The notes beneath the pieces are model-generated. The model did not search any database. It saw only the letters and a list, made by a program, of their open reading frames with translations, and was not told the DNA's origin. This document shows, one piece after another, positions 9,720 to 20,901 of a stretch of 64,000 nucleotides of DNA. Where the stretch lies: the NCBI GenBank assembly GCA_965226795.1, contig CBDDDZ010000005.1:1216001-1280000 (forward strand), given 5' to 3'. Every line of letters starts with the position of its first letter. Position 1 is the first letter of the stretch. This DNA comes from Candidatus Latescibacterota bacterium (GTDB lineage Bacteria > Latescibacterota > UBA2968 > GCA-2709665). A program made the position numbers and the translations under genes.

Positions 9720-11753
9720 TCAGAGTTTGTGGTAGTCGATGGAACGTGACTCGGATAAGACGAGATTCCCGCGAACCTCGAGCAGGGAACCGGCGGCGAC
9801 CAGGCCGGCGGCGATTTCATCGCCCACGGTCCGGACGTGCGCGAACTCGGCATCCGTCTGAATGCCGCCGAAATCGAACGTACTGTCTGGCCCTGCGGTC
9901 AGGATGGTGTCGGTCACCTTGCCCTGGCGAATGCGAATGGCGCAGCCCGCGGCGTTTCCGCTGGCTTCGATCTCCGGCCGAGGCGCGTCCTTGTGGTAGG
10001 GGACGAGCGCCACAATGCAGAACAGCGGGCTCCAGAACCAGTCGTAGCGCAACCGGGGATGGTCGAGGAAAATTTCTTCGCGCCAGCGGCCTGGCCACGG
10101 GGTCGCGATCTGTACATCGCACCGGTTTTCACGCCTGCCGCCGACGATGGAGATCCGATCCCGACCGCACTCCAGGCGATTGCCGGCGGCGGTGTGCAAC
10201 AGCCAGGACAGCATCGGACGGTCGTGCATCTCAAAGTCCAGACGATCGACGATGATCGCGGAGGCGGGCGCGCCGCGCGCATCCGGCAGGCAAAGCGCCC
10301 GTCGGACGAACCGCTGTGCGCATGCGTAACTGTCGCCCGCTTCGGCCTCGATATAGGGGAAGGACCCCCGGATGTCCGCACGAAGGATGCCGTCGTTTCG
10401 CGTGGGGCCGCGACGTTGCATTTCGCCCATCACCAGAGGCAGGTTGTGGGCTTCACCCAGCGCGCCCATGCGAAGGACTTCGGTCGTGTCCGGAAGCCTC
10501 TCGAGGGCGTAACCGGAATCGCAGGCAAAGCTCTCTCCGAGAGCGTGCAGCGCGAAGTGGTTACGATCGGCCTGCCGGTGGCCGCCCGCGGGGAAAACGT
10601 CGCATAGAATTGAAAGAAAAAAATCGCCGGACTTCCATCCGGAGCGGACGTCCACCAGGCCCCGGTTGTGAAAGTGTCTGACACCCTGCAGGTCCAGGTT
10701 GTCCGGCGAGACGGATTCCACAGACGAATCGAAGTACAGCAGATAACGGGTGACCGTGTCGCCCCAGGCTTCGTCCGGAGCCTGCCAGAATTCACCTTGG
10801 GCCGGCGGTTTATCGATACTCTGCCAGAGCCATTGGGCGAGGCCGTTCTTCTGTTGAGAAGCCAACAGTGAAAGCCATTCGATGTGAAACTGGTCACCGC
10901 AGTCGTTGAGCGGATTCGGCCTGCCCGTGGCGGGTACGAGTTCATACACCAGACCCTCCGCGATGCGTTCCCATCCGGCGTGGTCTGTGAGTTCCCGATC
11001 TCCGCAGACGGCCAGCGCCAGGGCGAACGGGGCGAGGTAATGCAGCGTGGCGCCGCCGTAAGCCGGTCCTTCGTAAAAGGCGCCGTCGCCGTCGTGACCC
11101 TTTTCGAGAAAGAGCAGGCACCGCCTCCGGGCTAGGGCCAGGCCCCTGTTGAATCGGGACTCGTCCAATACGCCGTAGTTGTGCAGCACCAAACTGAGCA
11201 GGCCGAGGCCGATTAACCCGATGGCGGCCATATTCCAGTCGGGGCGAGTCTCCTCGGGATCCGGCGGATTCTCCAGCGTGTAGTCGATAAACGGCAGGCA
11301 ATAGGTACCGATTTCCAGACGTTCCGCATCCGACAACTCGTTCCGGAGCAGGTCCAGACCGATGGCCAGCATCGTGGAACTGGCGCCGGCGTCCAGGCAA
11401 TTGTCCCGCCAGGTCCGGTACGGGCGACCATAGTTCGTACCGCCGCAGTTTTCCACGATTCGATAATTCACGATTGTCCGGAGGATGTTGCGGGCTTCCG
11501 CCGCGTACCTGCCGTCAAGGAGAATGCCGCCGACGGCAAGGGTTTCGATCGCCTTGGGAAGCAGGCGGCCGCCCTGCCGGGTGAACCAGAAGCCCGCGCT
11601 GCGTTCGGTATAGTCTATATATGCCGGCGATTCGGGGTTGAGATGGTCTTCGCAGGCCTGGCGCAGGTTTCGTTTCAACGAGCCTGTAATCGGGTTGGGG
11701 TCAACCCTGCGATTTTCGAGAATGTGGCGAAAGAGAGATTCCGGGATCGTCAT
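9720..11753 (-). CDS. Heparinase II/III-like polysaccharide lyase
   Basis: Alpha-helical N-half with 'DWN' and 'DGAFYEGPAYG'; C-half 'RSGW...GGHRQADRNHF' and 'AHN'. Confidence 0.75.
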   Translation of the reverse strand: MTIPESLFRHILENRRVDPNPITGSLKRNLRQACEDHLNPESPAYIDYTERSAGFWFTRQGGRLLPKAIETLAVGGILLDGRYAAEARNILRTIVNYRIVENCGGTNYGRPYRTWRDNCLDAGASSTMLAIGLDLLRNELSDAERLEIGTYCLPFIDYTLENPPDPEETRPDWNMAAIGLIGLGLLSLVLHNYGVLDESRFNRGLALARRRCLLFLEKGHDGDGAFYEGPAYGGATLHYLAPFALALAVCGDRELTDHAGWERIAEGLVYELVPATGRPNPLNDCGDQFHIEWLSLLASQQKNGLAQWLWQSIDKPPAQGEFWQAPDEAWGDTVTRYLLYFDSSVESVSPDNLDLQGVRHFHNRGLVDVRSGWKSGDFFLSILCDVFPAGGHRQADRNHFALHALGESFACDSGYALERLPDTTEVLRMGALGEAHNLPLVMGEMQRRGPTRNDGILRADIRGSFPYIEAEAGDSYACAQRFVRRALCLPDARGAPASAIIVDRLDFEMHDRPMLSWLLHTAAGNRLECGRDRISIVGGRRENRCDVQIATPWPGRWREEIFLDHPRLRYDWFWSPLFCIVALVPYHKDAPRPEIEASGNAAGCAIRIRQGKVTDTILTAGPDSTFDFGGIQTDAEFAHVRTVGDEIAAGLVAAGSLLEVRGNLVLSESRSIDYHKL

Positions 11754-11867
11754 TGGTGAATTCGTCCAGAGTCTGGATCGCCGCGCTTCCGACCTCCCGG
11801 TTCGGAGCGTTGCCGATCCGATGTGAATTCGTTCGGATATTTTTCGGGATGGCCGGCTGACGCGGGA

Positions 11868-12632
11868 TCAGGTCCCGTCCACGTCCGGCGGCATGAAGAT
11901 TTCCCGCCGCCTGCCGTCGCTGTATCCTTCCACGTCTGAAAGCACCACGCCGGGGCTGACAAGCGCCGCCCTGACGATCTGGCGGTTGAAGGTATGAACG
12001 TAGTCTGACGTCAGGTATTCCTGAACGGGCATCCAGAGACACTCTTCGATTTCTTCGGGTTGAGGGATGATTTCACGTGTGAGGGGTCTAAGGCGGCATA
12101 CAAAGTAAATGTCTGATTTGTCGTGGCGGTAGCCGTGCCAGTGGCGGAAACACACCATCGCTTCGAACGAAGTATGGACTCCCGTTTCTTCCCCGATTTC
12201 CCGGACGACGGCCTCGGCCAGATGTTCGCCGGAGTGCAGTGCGCCGCCCGGCAGCTTGTAGTAAGGCGTTCTGCTTCCGCGGTGTTTTTCGCAGACAACC
12301 AGGATCTCATCGCTTTCGCTGATCACCACCCCTCCCGCGCCAATATAGTGGGTGGCATAGCCCGGGATGAACGCGTCTTTGACCAGAGGGCGGGTGAGCA
12401 TCAGATAGGTCTCGCCGCTGTGGTGAAATGAGAAACCCGTCTGCACCGCGACGGGAATGAATTCCGATTTTCCGATGGGCACTTCCAGCCACACAAGCTG
12501 AAAGCCTCCTCTTTTCCAGATCTTCAGGGACTGCGAGAGCTGTTCGCTGAAAGTCCGCACGTCCAAGGGAAGGCTTTCGGGGCTGATGACAATGCCGTTG
12601 AAGGGATTCGTGGTGTGTTCGAGGACTTCCAT
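11868..12632 (-). CDS. NUDIX hydrolase (NUDT6-like, with pre-NUDIX domain)
   Basis: Nudix box 'PGGALHSGEHLAEAVVREIGEETG'; 'GFSFHH', 'IPGYATHYIGAGG', 'FRHWH...KSDIYF'. Confidence 0.9.
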   Translation of the reverse strand: MEVLEHTTNPFNGIVISPESLPLDVRTFSEQLSQSLKIWKRGGFQLVWLEVPIGKSEFIPVAVQTGFSFHHSGETYLMLTRPLVKDAFIPGYATHYIGAGGVVISESDEILVVCEKHRGSRTPYYKLPGGALHSGEHLAEAVVREIGEETGVHTSFEAMVCFRHWHGYRHDKSDIYFVCRLRPLTREIIPQPEEIEECLWMPVQEYLTSDYVHTFNRQIVRAALVSPGVVLSDVEGYSDGRRREIFMPPDVDGT

Positions 12633-12779
12633 TGGGGATCCCCCGGATCCTGGTTGACCTGGTTGTTGATGAAATGAATGTAAACAGCCCGGGGCCGCTT
12701 TACAAGTGGTTTTGATGCGGAGAGGTTTTGGCTTGACAGGGTTAAAGCCGGGGTTGATATTAAAATTCTGTCTTAAGAC

Positions 12780-12953
12780 CCCGAGCGGTCTGCGCGCGGC
12801 TGTAAAGGCGTTGGTCTGCGTTTGTCTACCCCATCCGTATCTTTGGATACGGGTGGGGCGGTCGCCTGGACCGACACCATTTCGCGCTTGCTCGGGAACG
12901 CACCGGGAATTTTAAATCAGCTACCGAGCGAAACGACCGTCGCTTCGGTTTCC
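12780..12953 (+). promoter_or_regulatory. Structured 5' leader (candidate attenuator/riboswitch) upstream of the SelA-like operon
   Basis: TTGACA at 12733; nested stems 12780-12896; second hairpin 12923-12949. Confidence 0.4.
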
Positions 12954-13022
12954 CAACCTGTAATTGTGGTCTCCCTGTTTTGAGTTGAATGACGTGCCGG
13001 ATCAGAGTTCAGGAGGTTGTGG

Positions 13023-14222
13023 ATGACGAGTATTTATGAGCGCCTGGGTGTTCGTACCATAGTCAATGCGTCCGGGCCGTCAACCCGGTTGAGCGGCTCA
13101 ATCCTGCCGGCGGAGGTGGCACAGGCCATGGTCGAAGCCTCCCGCCATTGTGTGGATATCGCCGAGTTGCAGGCGTGGGCGGGCGGGGCCATTGCCGATA
13201 TTACGGGCGCCGAGGCCGGATACGTCACGTCGGGTGCGGCGGCCGGAATCATGCTGGGCGTCGCGGCGTGCGTGACAGGGATCGACCCCGGCAGAATGAA
13301 CCGGCTGCCGGATACGGAAGGGATGAAGGACGAGGTGATAATACCGCGAAGCCACCGGAATTTTTATGACCACGCCATACGGGCGGTGGGCGTGAAGCTC
13401 GTCGAGGTGGGGATTTCCGACCGGTTCAGCGGAGCCGGGGTCCGGGATACCGAGGCCTGGGAGATTGCCGACGCGATTACGGATCGGACCGCGGCGGTCG
13501 CGTATGTAATGAATGCGCGGGCCCGTCCGCGTCTCGAGGATGTCGTGGAAGTGGCCCACCAGCATGGGGTGCCGGTGGTGGTGGACGCCGCCGGACAGCT
13601 TCCGCCCCAGTCGAACCTGCAACGCTTTATCGAGACCGGCGTGGACGTGGTGTGTTTCAGCGGTGGGAAAGCCATTCGCGGGCCGCAGAGTTCGGGGATT
13701 CTTTGCGGTCGGAGAGATCTGGTATCGGCCGTTGCCCTGCAGCACCTGGATCAGGATGTGTTTCACGATCTTTGGAATCCGCCGCCTTCGCTGATCGATA
13801 AGGATCGTTTGCCGGGCGCGCCGCAGCACGGACTCGGCAGACCCTGCAAGGTGGGCAAGGAAGAGATCGTGGGTCTGATAACCGCGCTCAGGTTGTTTGT
13901 TGCCGAGGGGGACCAGGCGCGCCACGCCCGGTGGACGGAAGCGATTCAGAACCTGGCCGAAGTCCTTGAACCATTGCCGAATGTTCGCTTATCAACCAGC
14001 ATCGACCCCGGCAGGCCCATACCCGGTCTGAGGCTTCAGATCGACGAGGCGGCTGCAGGCATAACAGGGCTGGAACTGGCGCGGCGCCTCATCGAGGGGG
14101 AGCCGAGTATCCACTGCAATACGGCCGACGTGTACGAGGGCGTGCTGGGCTTCGGACCCATGTGCCTGCTGGAAGGGGACGTGGAGGCGATCGGAAAAAG
14201 ATTGGGAGAACTGTTGGCTTGA
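13023..14222 (+). CDS. SelA-like/DgaE family PLP-dependent enzyme
   Basis: 'YERLGVRTIVNASG', 'VTSGAAAG', 'VDAAG', PLP lysine in 'FSGGKAIRGPQSSG', 'KVGKEEIVG'. Confidence 0.88.
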   Translation: MTSIYERLGVRTIVNASGPSTRLSGSILPAEVAQAMVEASRHCVDIAELQAWAGGAIADITGAEAGYVTSGAAAGIMLGVAACVTGIDPGRMNRLPDTEGMKDEVIIPRSHRNFYDHAIRAVGVKLVEVGISDRFSGAGVRDTEAWEIADAITDRTAAVAYVMNARARPRLEDVVEVAHQHGVPVVVDAAGQLPPQSNLQRFIETGVDVVCFSGGKAIRGPQSSGILCGRRDLVSAVALQHLDQDVFHDLWNPPPSLIDKDRLPGAPQHGLGRPCKVGKEEIVGLITALRLFVAEGDQARHARWTEAIQNLAEVLEPLPNVRLSTSIDPGRPIPGLRLQIDEAAAGITGLELARRLIEGEPSIHCNTADVYEGVLGFGPMCLLEGDVEAIGKRLGELLA

Positions 14223-14370
14223 GAGGTTAGAAGACGAACCGGTGAAACAGGTGCAGAATCAACGCTGCGACCCTGGAACGAAAGAGGAGGAATCTCGTGG
14301 AGGTATACCAGCTGGTTCGGATTTGGCGGGAAGCGCAAGCCGGGACAGGCCCGAATCCGGAGACTCGGCC

Positions 14371-15717
14371 ATGAACGTGGATTGGGATAGAGCGGGTCGG
14401 GAGGCGGTGGACTGGCTTTGCAGGCTGCTTCGATTCGACACCACCAATCCCCCGGGGAACGAATTGCCCCTGGTGCGGGACATTGCCGGGGCGCTGGCCG
14501 GTGAGGGGCTCTCACCCCGAATCCTGGAATCGGCGCCCGGACGCGGGAATCTGGTCGTGCGTCTCGAGGGCGATGGATCCGAACGCCCGGTGCTCCTTCT
14601 TTCCCACGTGGACGTGGTTCCCGCGGAGCCGGAGAAATGGACGCACGACCCATTCGGCGGCGAGGCGGCCGCGGGGTATGTCTGGGGCCGCGGGGCGATC
14701 GATTCCAAGCTGACCACGGCCGTTGGGCTGCAGGTATTGTTGATGTGCAAACGCCTGGATCTGCCGCTGACGCGCGACCTGGTTCTGGTGGCTGCCGCAG
14801 ACGAGGAACTCGGGGGGGTGCACGGGGCCCGGTGGCTTGCGGCCAACCACCCCGAGGTATTCGACGCCGAATACGGCATCAATGAGGGCGGCGGTTTTGC
14901 ACTGCTGATCGACGGGCGACCGGTGTATACGTGCCAGGTGGCCGAAAAAGGAAGCGCCGAGTTGAATCTGGTCGGGCGCGGGCAACCGGGACACAGTTCC
15001 GTGCCCCACAACGACAATGCGGTTTTTCATCTGGCCGGGGCCCTGGAGAGATTGAGCGACGTGAAGATGCCTCACCGGGTTACGACCGGGATCCGGGCAT
15101 TTTTCGAGGGTGCCGCGGCTGCACAGGCCAGAGACGAGGTGGCGGACCTGCTCCTGGGGGTGCTGGATCCGGAGCGCTGCGCTGCCGCTCTGTCCGCTTT
15201 GCCGGTTGACGAGCCGACCCGTCTGATGTTCGATGCGATGGTGCGCAATACGTGTGCGCCGACCATTCTTGAGGCCGGCGTGAAGCGTAACGTGATCCCT
15301 TCCGAAGCCGTGGCGCGGCTGAGCGGCAGGCCGTTGCCGGGGGCCGATGAAACGGGGTTCGTCCGGGAAGTTCGTGCCCTCGCGGGCGAGGGCGTCGCGC
15401 TCGAGATGGAAAGCGCCTTCAGGCCTGGCACGGAGTTCGACCATCAGACGCACCTGTTGGACGCGATCCAGGCTTCGATCGGCCGATTCGATCCCGAAGG
15501 GGTCGTGGTCCCTTATATGCAGACGGGCGGTACGGACGCGCGGTTTTTGCGGGATCGCGAAATTCACGTATATGGATTCATTCCGATGCGGCACGAAGAA
15601 GGTGAGGCATATTTCGAGTTGTGCCATGGCCACGACGAACGGGTGTCCGTCGCGAACGTGCGGTTCGGGGTGCAGGTGCTATTCGATGTCGTGTGCCGGT
15701 TAAACGGTATTGTGTAG
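14371..15717 (+). CDS. M20/M25/M40 family metallopeptidase (ArgE/DapE-like)
   Basis: 'SHVDVVPA', 'WGRGAIDSK', 'ADEE', 'INEGGG', 'GGTDARF', 'HGHDER'. Confidence 0.92.
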   Translation: MNVDWDRAGREAVDWLCRLLRFDTTNPPGNELPLVRDIAGALAGEGLSPRILESAPGRGNLVVRLEGDGSERPVLLLSHVDVVPAEPEKWTHDPFGGEAAAGYVWGRGAIDSKLTTAVGLQVLLMCKRLDLPLTRDLVLVAAADEELGGVHGARWLAANHPEVFDAEYGINEGGGFALLIDGRPVYTCQVAEKGSAELNLVGRGQPGHSSVPHNDNAVFHLAGALERLSDVKMPHRVTTGIRAFFEGAAAAQARDEVADLLLGVLDPERCAAALSALPVDEPTRLMFDAMVRNTCAPTILEAGVKRNVIPSEAVARLSGRPLPGADETGFVREVRALAGEGVALEMESAFRPGTEFDHQTHLLDAIQASIGRFDPEGVVVPYMQTGGTDARFLRDREIHVYGFIPMRHEEGEAYFELCHGHDERVSVANVRFGVQVLFDVVCRLNGIV

Positions 15718-15741
15718 CGAACTGGCGATCGCGCACCACGT

Positions 15742-16638
15742 CTAGAGGTCCAATACGTGCTGAAGCGCGCCGCCCAGTTCGGGGTGTTGAAAGTTATATC
15801 CCGTTCCCTGCAGCCGGGCGGGCATAACGCGGGTGCTCGACAGAAGCAGTGCATCCGCCATTTCCCCGAAAGCCAGCCGGGCGGCGAAAGCCGGCATGGG
15901 GAGGAGCGTTGGGCGGGAGAGGGCGCCCCCCAGTGACTTGGTGAATTCCCGGTTTGTAACCGGCACCGGCGACACGGCATTGACAGGTCCCTGGAGCGTC
16001 TCCGTGTTGAGCGCGTGGCTGATGATTCCTGCCAGATCACTCAAAGAGATCCAGCTCATATACTGATCGCCGCTGCCTATCACGCCGCCAACGCCCAATT
16101 TAAACGGGAATAGCATTTTGGCCAGCGCGCCCCCGTCGGCGCTGAGTACGATTCCGATACGCAGGTACACCGTACGAACGCCAGCGTCCCCTGCCGGCCG
16201 CGCGGCATTCTCCCAGGCGATGCAGGTCTCCGCCAGGAAATCGGCTCCAGGCGGACTTTCCTCGTTGAGGATTTCCTCGCCGCGGTTGCCGTAGTATCCG
16301 ATGGCCGAAGCGGAAATCAGAACGCCGGGAGGCGTCTGCAGCTCCGCAAGACCTCGCGCCAGAAGCCGTGTGCCATCTACGCGACTGGTGCGGATTCTGT
16401 TTTTCTTTGCTTCGTTCCACCTGCCGGAGGCGATATTCTCGCCGGCCAGGTGCACGACGGCCTGGATTCCTTCCAGGTCGGCGGCAGCAAGTTCTCCCGT
16501 TTCAGGATCCCACCGTCGTTCCAGGTCGCTTTTCGGGCTCGTGCGAACGAGCCTCAAGACCCGGTGGCCGCTGGCTTCGAAATGCGGAATGAGGATCGAA
16601 CCGACGAGCCCGGATGAACCCGTTACGAGTACATTCAT
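15742..16638 (-). CDS. TIGR01777 family NAD-dependent epimerase-like oxidoreductase (YfcH/SDR39U1)
   Basis: 'VTGSSGLVG', 'VVHLAGENIA..RW', 'SASAIGYYG', 'LRIGIVL', 'GSGDQYMSWI'. Confidence 0.93.
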   Translation of the reverse strand: MNVLVTGSSGLVGSILIPHFEASGHRVLRLVRTSPKSDLERRWDPETGELAAADLEGIQAVVHLAGENIASGRWNEAKKNRIRTSRVDGTRLLARGLAELQTPPGVLISASAIGYYGNRGEEILNEESPPGADFLAETCIAWENAARPAGDAGVRTVYLRIGIVLSADGGALAKMLFPFKLGVGGVIGSGDQYMSWISLSDLAGIISHALNTETLQGPVNAVSPVPVTNREFTKSLGGALSRPTLLPMPAFAARLAFGEMADALLLSSTRVMPARLQGTGYNFQHPELGGALQHVLDL

Positions 16639-16656
16639 GGGATGCCTCCTTGTCTG

Positions 16657-17070
16657 TTACAGCCCGTAGAGCATCAGGTAGATGATAACGCCGCTGACGC
16701 ACACGAACATCCAGACCGGCCACACCCAGCGGGCGAGGCGTCTGTGGATCCGGAACTTCCCGCGCAGGGCAAGCCACACAACCGCCAGGACGAAGGGCGC
16801 ATTCAGGGCGGCCAGGACGACGTGCGGGATCAGGATGGCGAAATAGACGTTGCGTGTCCAGTCGTGGTGAGGGTAGGGCACCGACCCGATCCGCATGTGA
16901 TAGACGAGATACGATGTCAGAAACAGGGCCGAGAAGGCGAGGGCGAAAAGCATCATTCGCCTGTGTTGCCGGATGTTGCCGCGCCTGATTTGCAGATAGC
17001 CCAGCAGGAGAAAGCAGGCGCTGATCGAATTGAATATTGCATTGAGGGCTGGCAGGTCGCTTACGGCCAT
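16657..17070 (-). CDS. DUF420 (CtaM-like) membrane protein
   Basis: 'LPALNA.FN', 'HRRMM', 'FL.SYLVYH', 'ILIPHVVLA', 'HRRLARW.WP.W.FV.VSGV'. Confidence 0.88.
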   Translation of the reverse strand: MAVSDLPALNAIFNSISACFLLLGYLQIRRGNIRQHRRMMLFALAFSALFLTSYLVYHMRIGSVPYPHHDWTRNVYFAILIPHVVLAALNAPFVLAVVWLALRGKFRIHRRLARWVWPVWMFVCVSGVIIYLMLYGL

Positions 17071-17456
17071 CCGAACCTCATTTGACGTGGATCGGGCTCC
17101 GAACCTAAGTGTACTCATTTTTTAGATTAATGGCAACCGCATGAGCGCCTGCAGTCGGGAAGCCGGCGGGTGTGGCTCTGCGGCGTGCTGGCGGCGTAGT
17201 TTCGGGGACTGCACCGCGCCTTTACCGATGAAATACGGGAATCGCGAGAGGCGAACCCCTGTATTCGATGAATTGAAAAAAGTATGACTCGAGTCCGCCG
17301 GCGAGGTTCTTGATCGACAGGAAAGGGGTTGCAGCGGAACGCGGTTATGTTCGGTGAGGCACGGATCGTCTTTAACGGTTGACACAGGGTCGGATTTCGG
17401 TTATTTTGATTTCTTTTGAATACGTTTAAGCCTTTTTAAAACAGGAGGATAGCGGA

Positions 17457-17660
17457 ATGTCTGCTACGGGTGGCCTGTGGATGACTTCCGGGGAGATCGA
17501 GCAGGCCCTGGGGCGCAGAAAGTCCAGAGAGGTATTTGAAGACCTGATATATGACCGGCGTACACGGCCTGAGATCCTGGATCTTCTGATAGAGGCCACA
17601 GGATGCAACGTGTATTCGGCCGAAGACTTCCTTAGAGAGATTGTGAAGACAAAGAAGTAG
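17457..17660 (+). CDS. Small hypothetical protein (67 aa)
   Basis: AGGAGG RBS; upstream TTGACA-17-TATTTT (17379-17407); helical, charged sequence. Confidence 0.6.
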   Translation: MSATGGLWMTSGEIEQALGRRKSREVFEDLIYDRRTRPEILDLLIEATGCNVYSAEDFLREIVKTKK

Positions 17661-18353
<693 letters not shown>

Positions 18354-18422
18354 ATCGGGCTGCAGCATCAGTTGAGTCGACGGACTCTTGAGTTACGAGT
18401 GCTGCCGCACGGAGGAGCATGC

Positions 18423-20222
18423 ATGCAGAACGGCATCGCCGTGCTGGATTTCGGCGGGCAATATGCCCATCTGATCGCAAATCGCATCCGCCGCTTGCGC
18501 GTTTATTCGGAAGTCTTCCTGCCCACCGTAGACACCTCTGAAATCGACGGATTTTCGGGCTTGATTCTGTCTGGAGGTCCCGCGAGTGTCTACGATCCGG
18601 AACAGCCGGCGTTCAATTCGGAACACCTGCGTTCCGGACTGCCCGTGCTCGGCCTCTGCTACGGCCATCAACTGGTCTGCCAGGAACTGGGCGGCGACGT
18701 AGCCCGGGGGGACGTCCGCGAATACGGTTCGGCGGAACTGCGGATTCGTTCGAGGTCCGGGCTGTTCGCGGGCATGGAGGCATCTCAGGTGGTGTGGATG
18801 AGCCACGGCGACGTGGCCAGCCGCCTGCCGGAGGGGTTCGAGGTGCTGGGTGCGACGGAAGATTGCGCAACGGCCGCGGTGGGGGACATGCGGCGCAACC
18901 TCTACGGACTGCAATTCCACCCCGAGGTTGCGCATACCGCCCGCGGAATGGAAATGCTGGATAATTTCCTTAATATCTGCAACGCGCCGCGTACCTGGAC
19001 CATGGCCAATTACGCGGAAACGGCGATGGAACAGATTCAAGAGCAGGTGGGCCGGAAACGCGTGTTTCTGCTGGTTTCGGGCGGCGTGGATTCAAGCGTG
19101 GCTTTCGCGCTGTTTAACCGGGCGCTTGGACCGGAGAGAGTGCTGGGGCTGCATATCAACAACGGGTTCATGCGCAAGGGAGAGTCCGCCGACGTGGCGG
19201 AAGCGCTCCGGGACGAAGGATTCGCAAATCTCGTTGTAGAGGATGCCACGCAGGAATTCCTGCTTAGCGTGGAGGGTATGGTGGAACCGGAACAGAAGCG
19301 GCTGGCCGTTGGCCGGGCGTTTCTCGAAGTCAAAGATCGCGTGCTGGTCCGGATGGAACTGGATTCGGAAGGCTGGCTGCTGGGGCAGGGTACTCTCTAT
19401 CCGGATACCATCGAGTCTGGGGGTACGGAACATTCGGCGGTAATCAAGACGCACCACAACCGGGTGGACGTGGTCGAGGAATTGATCGCCCGGGGACTGG
19501 TAATCGAACCGCTGGTGCATCTGTACAAAGACGAAGTGCGCGAACTGGGGGTCGCCCTGGGCCTGCCACCGCATCTGGTATGGCGCCAGCCTTTTCCCGG
19601 TCCGGGACTGTCTGTGCGCTGCCTCTGCTCCCGAGGCGAAGGAGCCGGCCCGACGATCGCCGCCGCCGAGGAAGCAGCCCGTGAAATAGCCGCCCGCGCG
19701 GGGCTTGGGCTCCGTGTGCTCCCGCTCCGGAGCGTGGGCGTCCAGGGAGACTTCCGTACCTACGCGCACCCGGCGGTTGTCTGGGGAGAGACCGACTGGG
19801 CGATATTGGAGGACGTCTCCACGCGAATTACGAATGCCATACACGCGATTAACAGGGTGGTGTATCTGCTGGCGCCATCGTCGCTTCCCGCGCTGAAGCT
19901 GAAACGGGCATTCCTGACGCGGGCCCGTCTGGATCTGCTCAGAGACGTGGATGCGCTCGCGATGGCTGCACTTGAGCGCGAGTGCCTGTCGACGACGGTG
20001 TCCCAGATGCCCACCGTCTTGTTGCCGCTGACATCCGACGGTATCGCGGAAACCGTGGTTTTGAGACCGGTGGAGACGCCGGACTTCATGACGGCGCGGT
20101 TTTCCGCGCTGCCGCATGATTTCGTGCAGAATCTCGCAGGTGAGATTCTGGCAGAAGAGGGCGTGGAGGCGGTGTTTTACGATGTGACGCACAAACCGCC
20201 GGGAACGGTCGAGTGGGAGTAG
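18423..20222 (+). CDS. guaA: GMP synthase (glutamine-hydrolysing)
   Basis: 'VLDFGGQY', 'GLCYGHQ', 'QFHPEV', 'SGGVDS', 'QGTLYPDTIES', 'IKTHHN', 'KPPGTVEWE'. Confidence 0.97.
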   Translation: MQNGIAVLDFGGQYAHLIANRIRRLRVYSEVFLPTVDTSEIDGFSGLILSGGPASVYDPEQPAFNSEHLRSGLPVLGLCYGHQLVCQELGGDVARGDVREYGSAELRIRSRSGLFAGMEASQVVWMSHGDVASRLPEGFEVLGATEDCATAAVGDMRRNLYGLQFHPEVAHTARGMEMLDNFLNICNAPRTWTMANYAETAMEQIQEQVGRKRVFLLVSGGVDSSVAFALFNRALGPERVLGLHINNGFMRKGESADVAEALRDEGFANLVVEDATQEFLLSVEGMVEPEQKRLAVGRAFLEVKDRVLVRMELDSEGWLLGQGTLYPDTIESGGTEHSAVIKTHHNRVDVVEELIARGLVIEPLVHLYKDEVRELGVALGLPPHLVWRQPFPGPGLSVRCLCSRGEGAGPTIAAAEEAAREIAARAGLGLRVLPLRSVGVQGDFRTYAHPAVVWGETDWAILEDVSTRITNAIHAINRVVYLLAPSSLPALKLKRAFLTRARLDLLRDVDALAMAALERECLSTTVSQMPTVLLPLTSDGIAETVVLRPVETPDFMTARFSALPHDFVQNLAGEILAEEGVEAVFYDVTHKPPGTVEWE

Positions 20223-20325
20223 GGACAGGATCCCGGAACGTCGTCCGGTACGCGGCGGTTTCATCCGTCGGCGCGGCCCGTTACATTGCAAAGTGGCGGT
20301 TTATCCCGACGAGGAGGAGAAAGCC

Positions 20326-20763
20326 ATGCATGAGGTCAATTATCTCGCTGTATTGATCGCCGGTATTGTACCGATGTTCGTCGGCGCCATCTGGTATGGG
20401 CCGTTGTTCGGAAAGCGGTGGCTCGAATGTATGGAGACGACCGAGGAGGAGATACGGAAGGACTTCAACCCTATGAAGACATACGGTGCGAGCTTTCTTC
20501 TGGCGCTTGTAACCGCGTTCATCCTGGCGCAGCTTCTCGCCGGTATGGGTGGGCCCCCTAACGTCGCTTCGCTACAGGGGAGTGGAGGAAACGCGATGGT
20601 TGGCGTCCACCTGGCCTTGATGGCGCTGATCGCCTTTGTGTTGCCGGTGGCGTACCAGTCAGTGGCGTTCGAGGGACGGAAGGCAGGCCTGTTCTGGCTC
20701 AGTCTGGGGTACAACGGGGTGGCGCTTCTCGGACAGGCGCTGGTCATTACGATCTGGATCTGA
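20326..20763 (+). CDS. DUF1761 family membrane protein
   Basis: 'VNYLAVLIA...GAIWYGPLFGKRW'; four TM segments. Confidence 0.85.
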   Translation: MHEVNYLAVLIAGIVPMFVGAIWYGPLFGKRWLECMETTEEEIRKDFNPMKTYGASFLLALVTAFILAQLLAGMGGPPNVASLQGSGGNAMVGVHLALMALIAFVLPVAYQSVAFEGRKAGLFWLSLGYNGVALLGQALVITIWI

Positions 20764-20901
20764 CGCGATCACGCCGCCGTCTCACACGCGGTGTTACGGA
20801 GATCAAGGGGTACAACCGGGGGGCCGACAGTCAACGGGGAAAATGTCTGGACGTCAATTCGGAACTGGAAAGAAACCGGGGTCGGTTGGAATTGCAAACG
20901 G

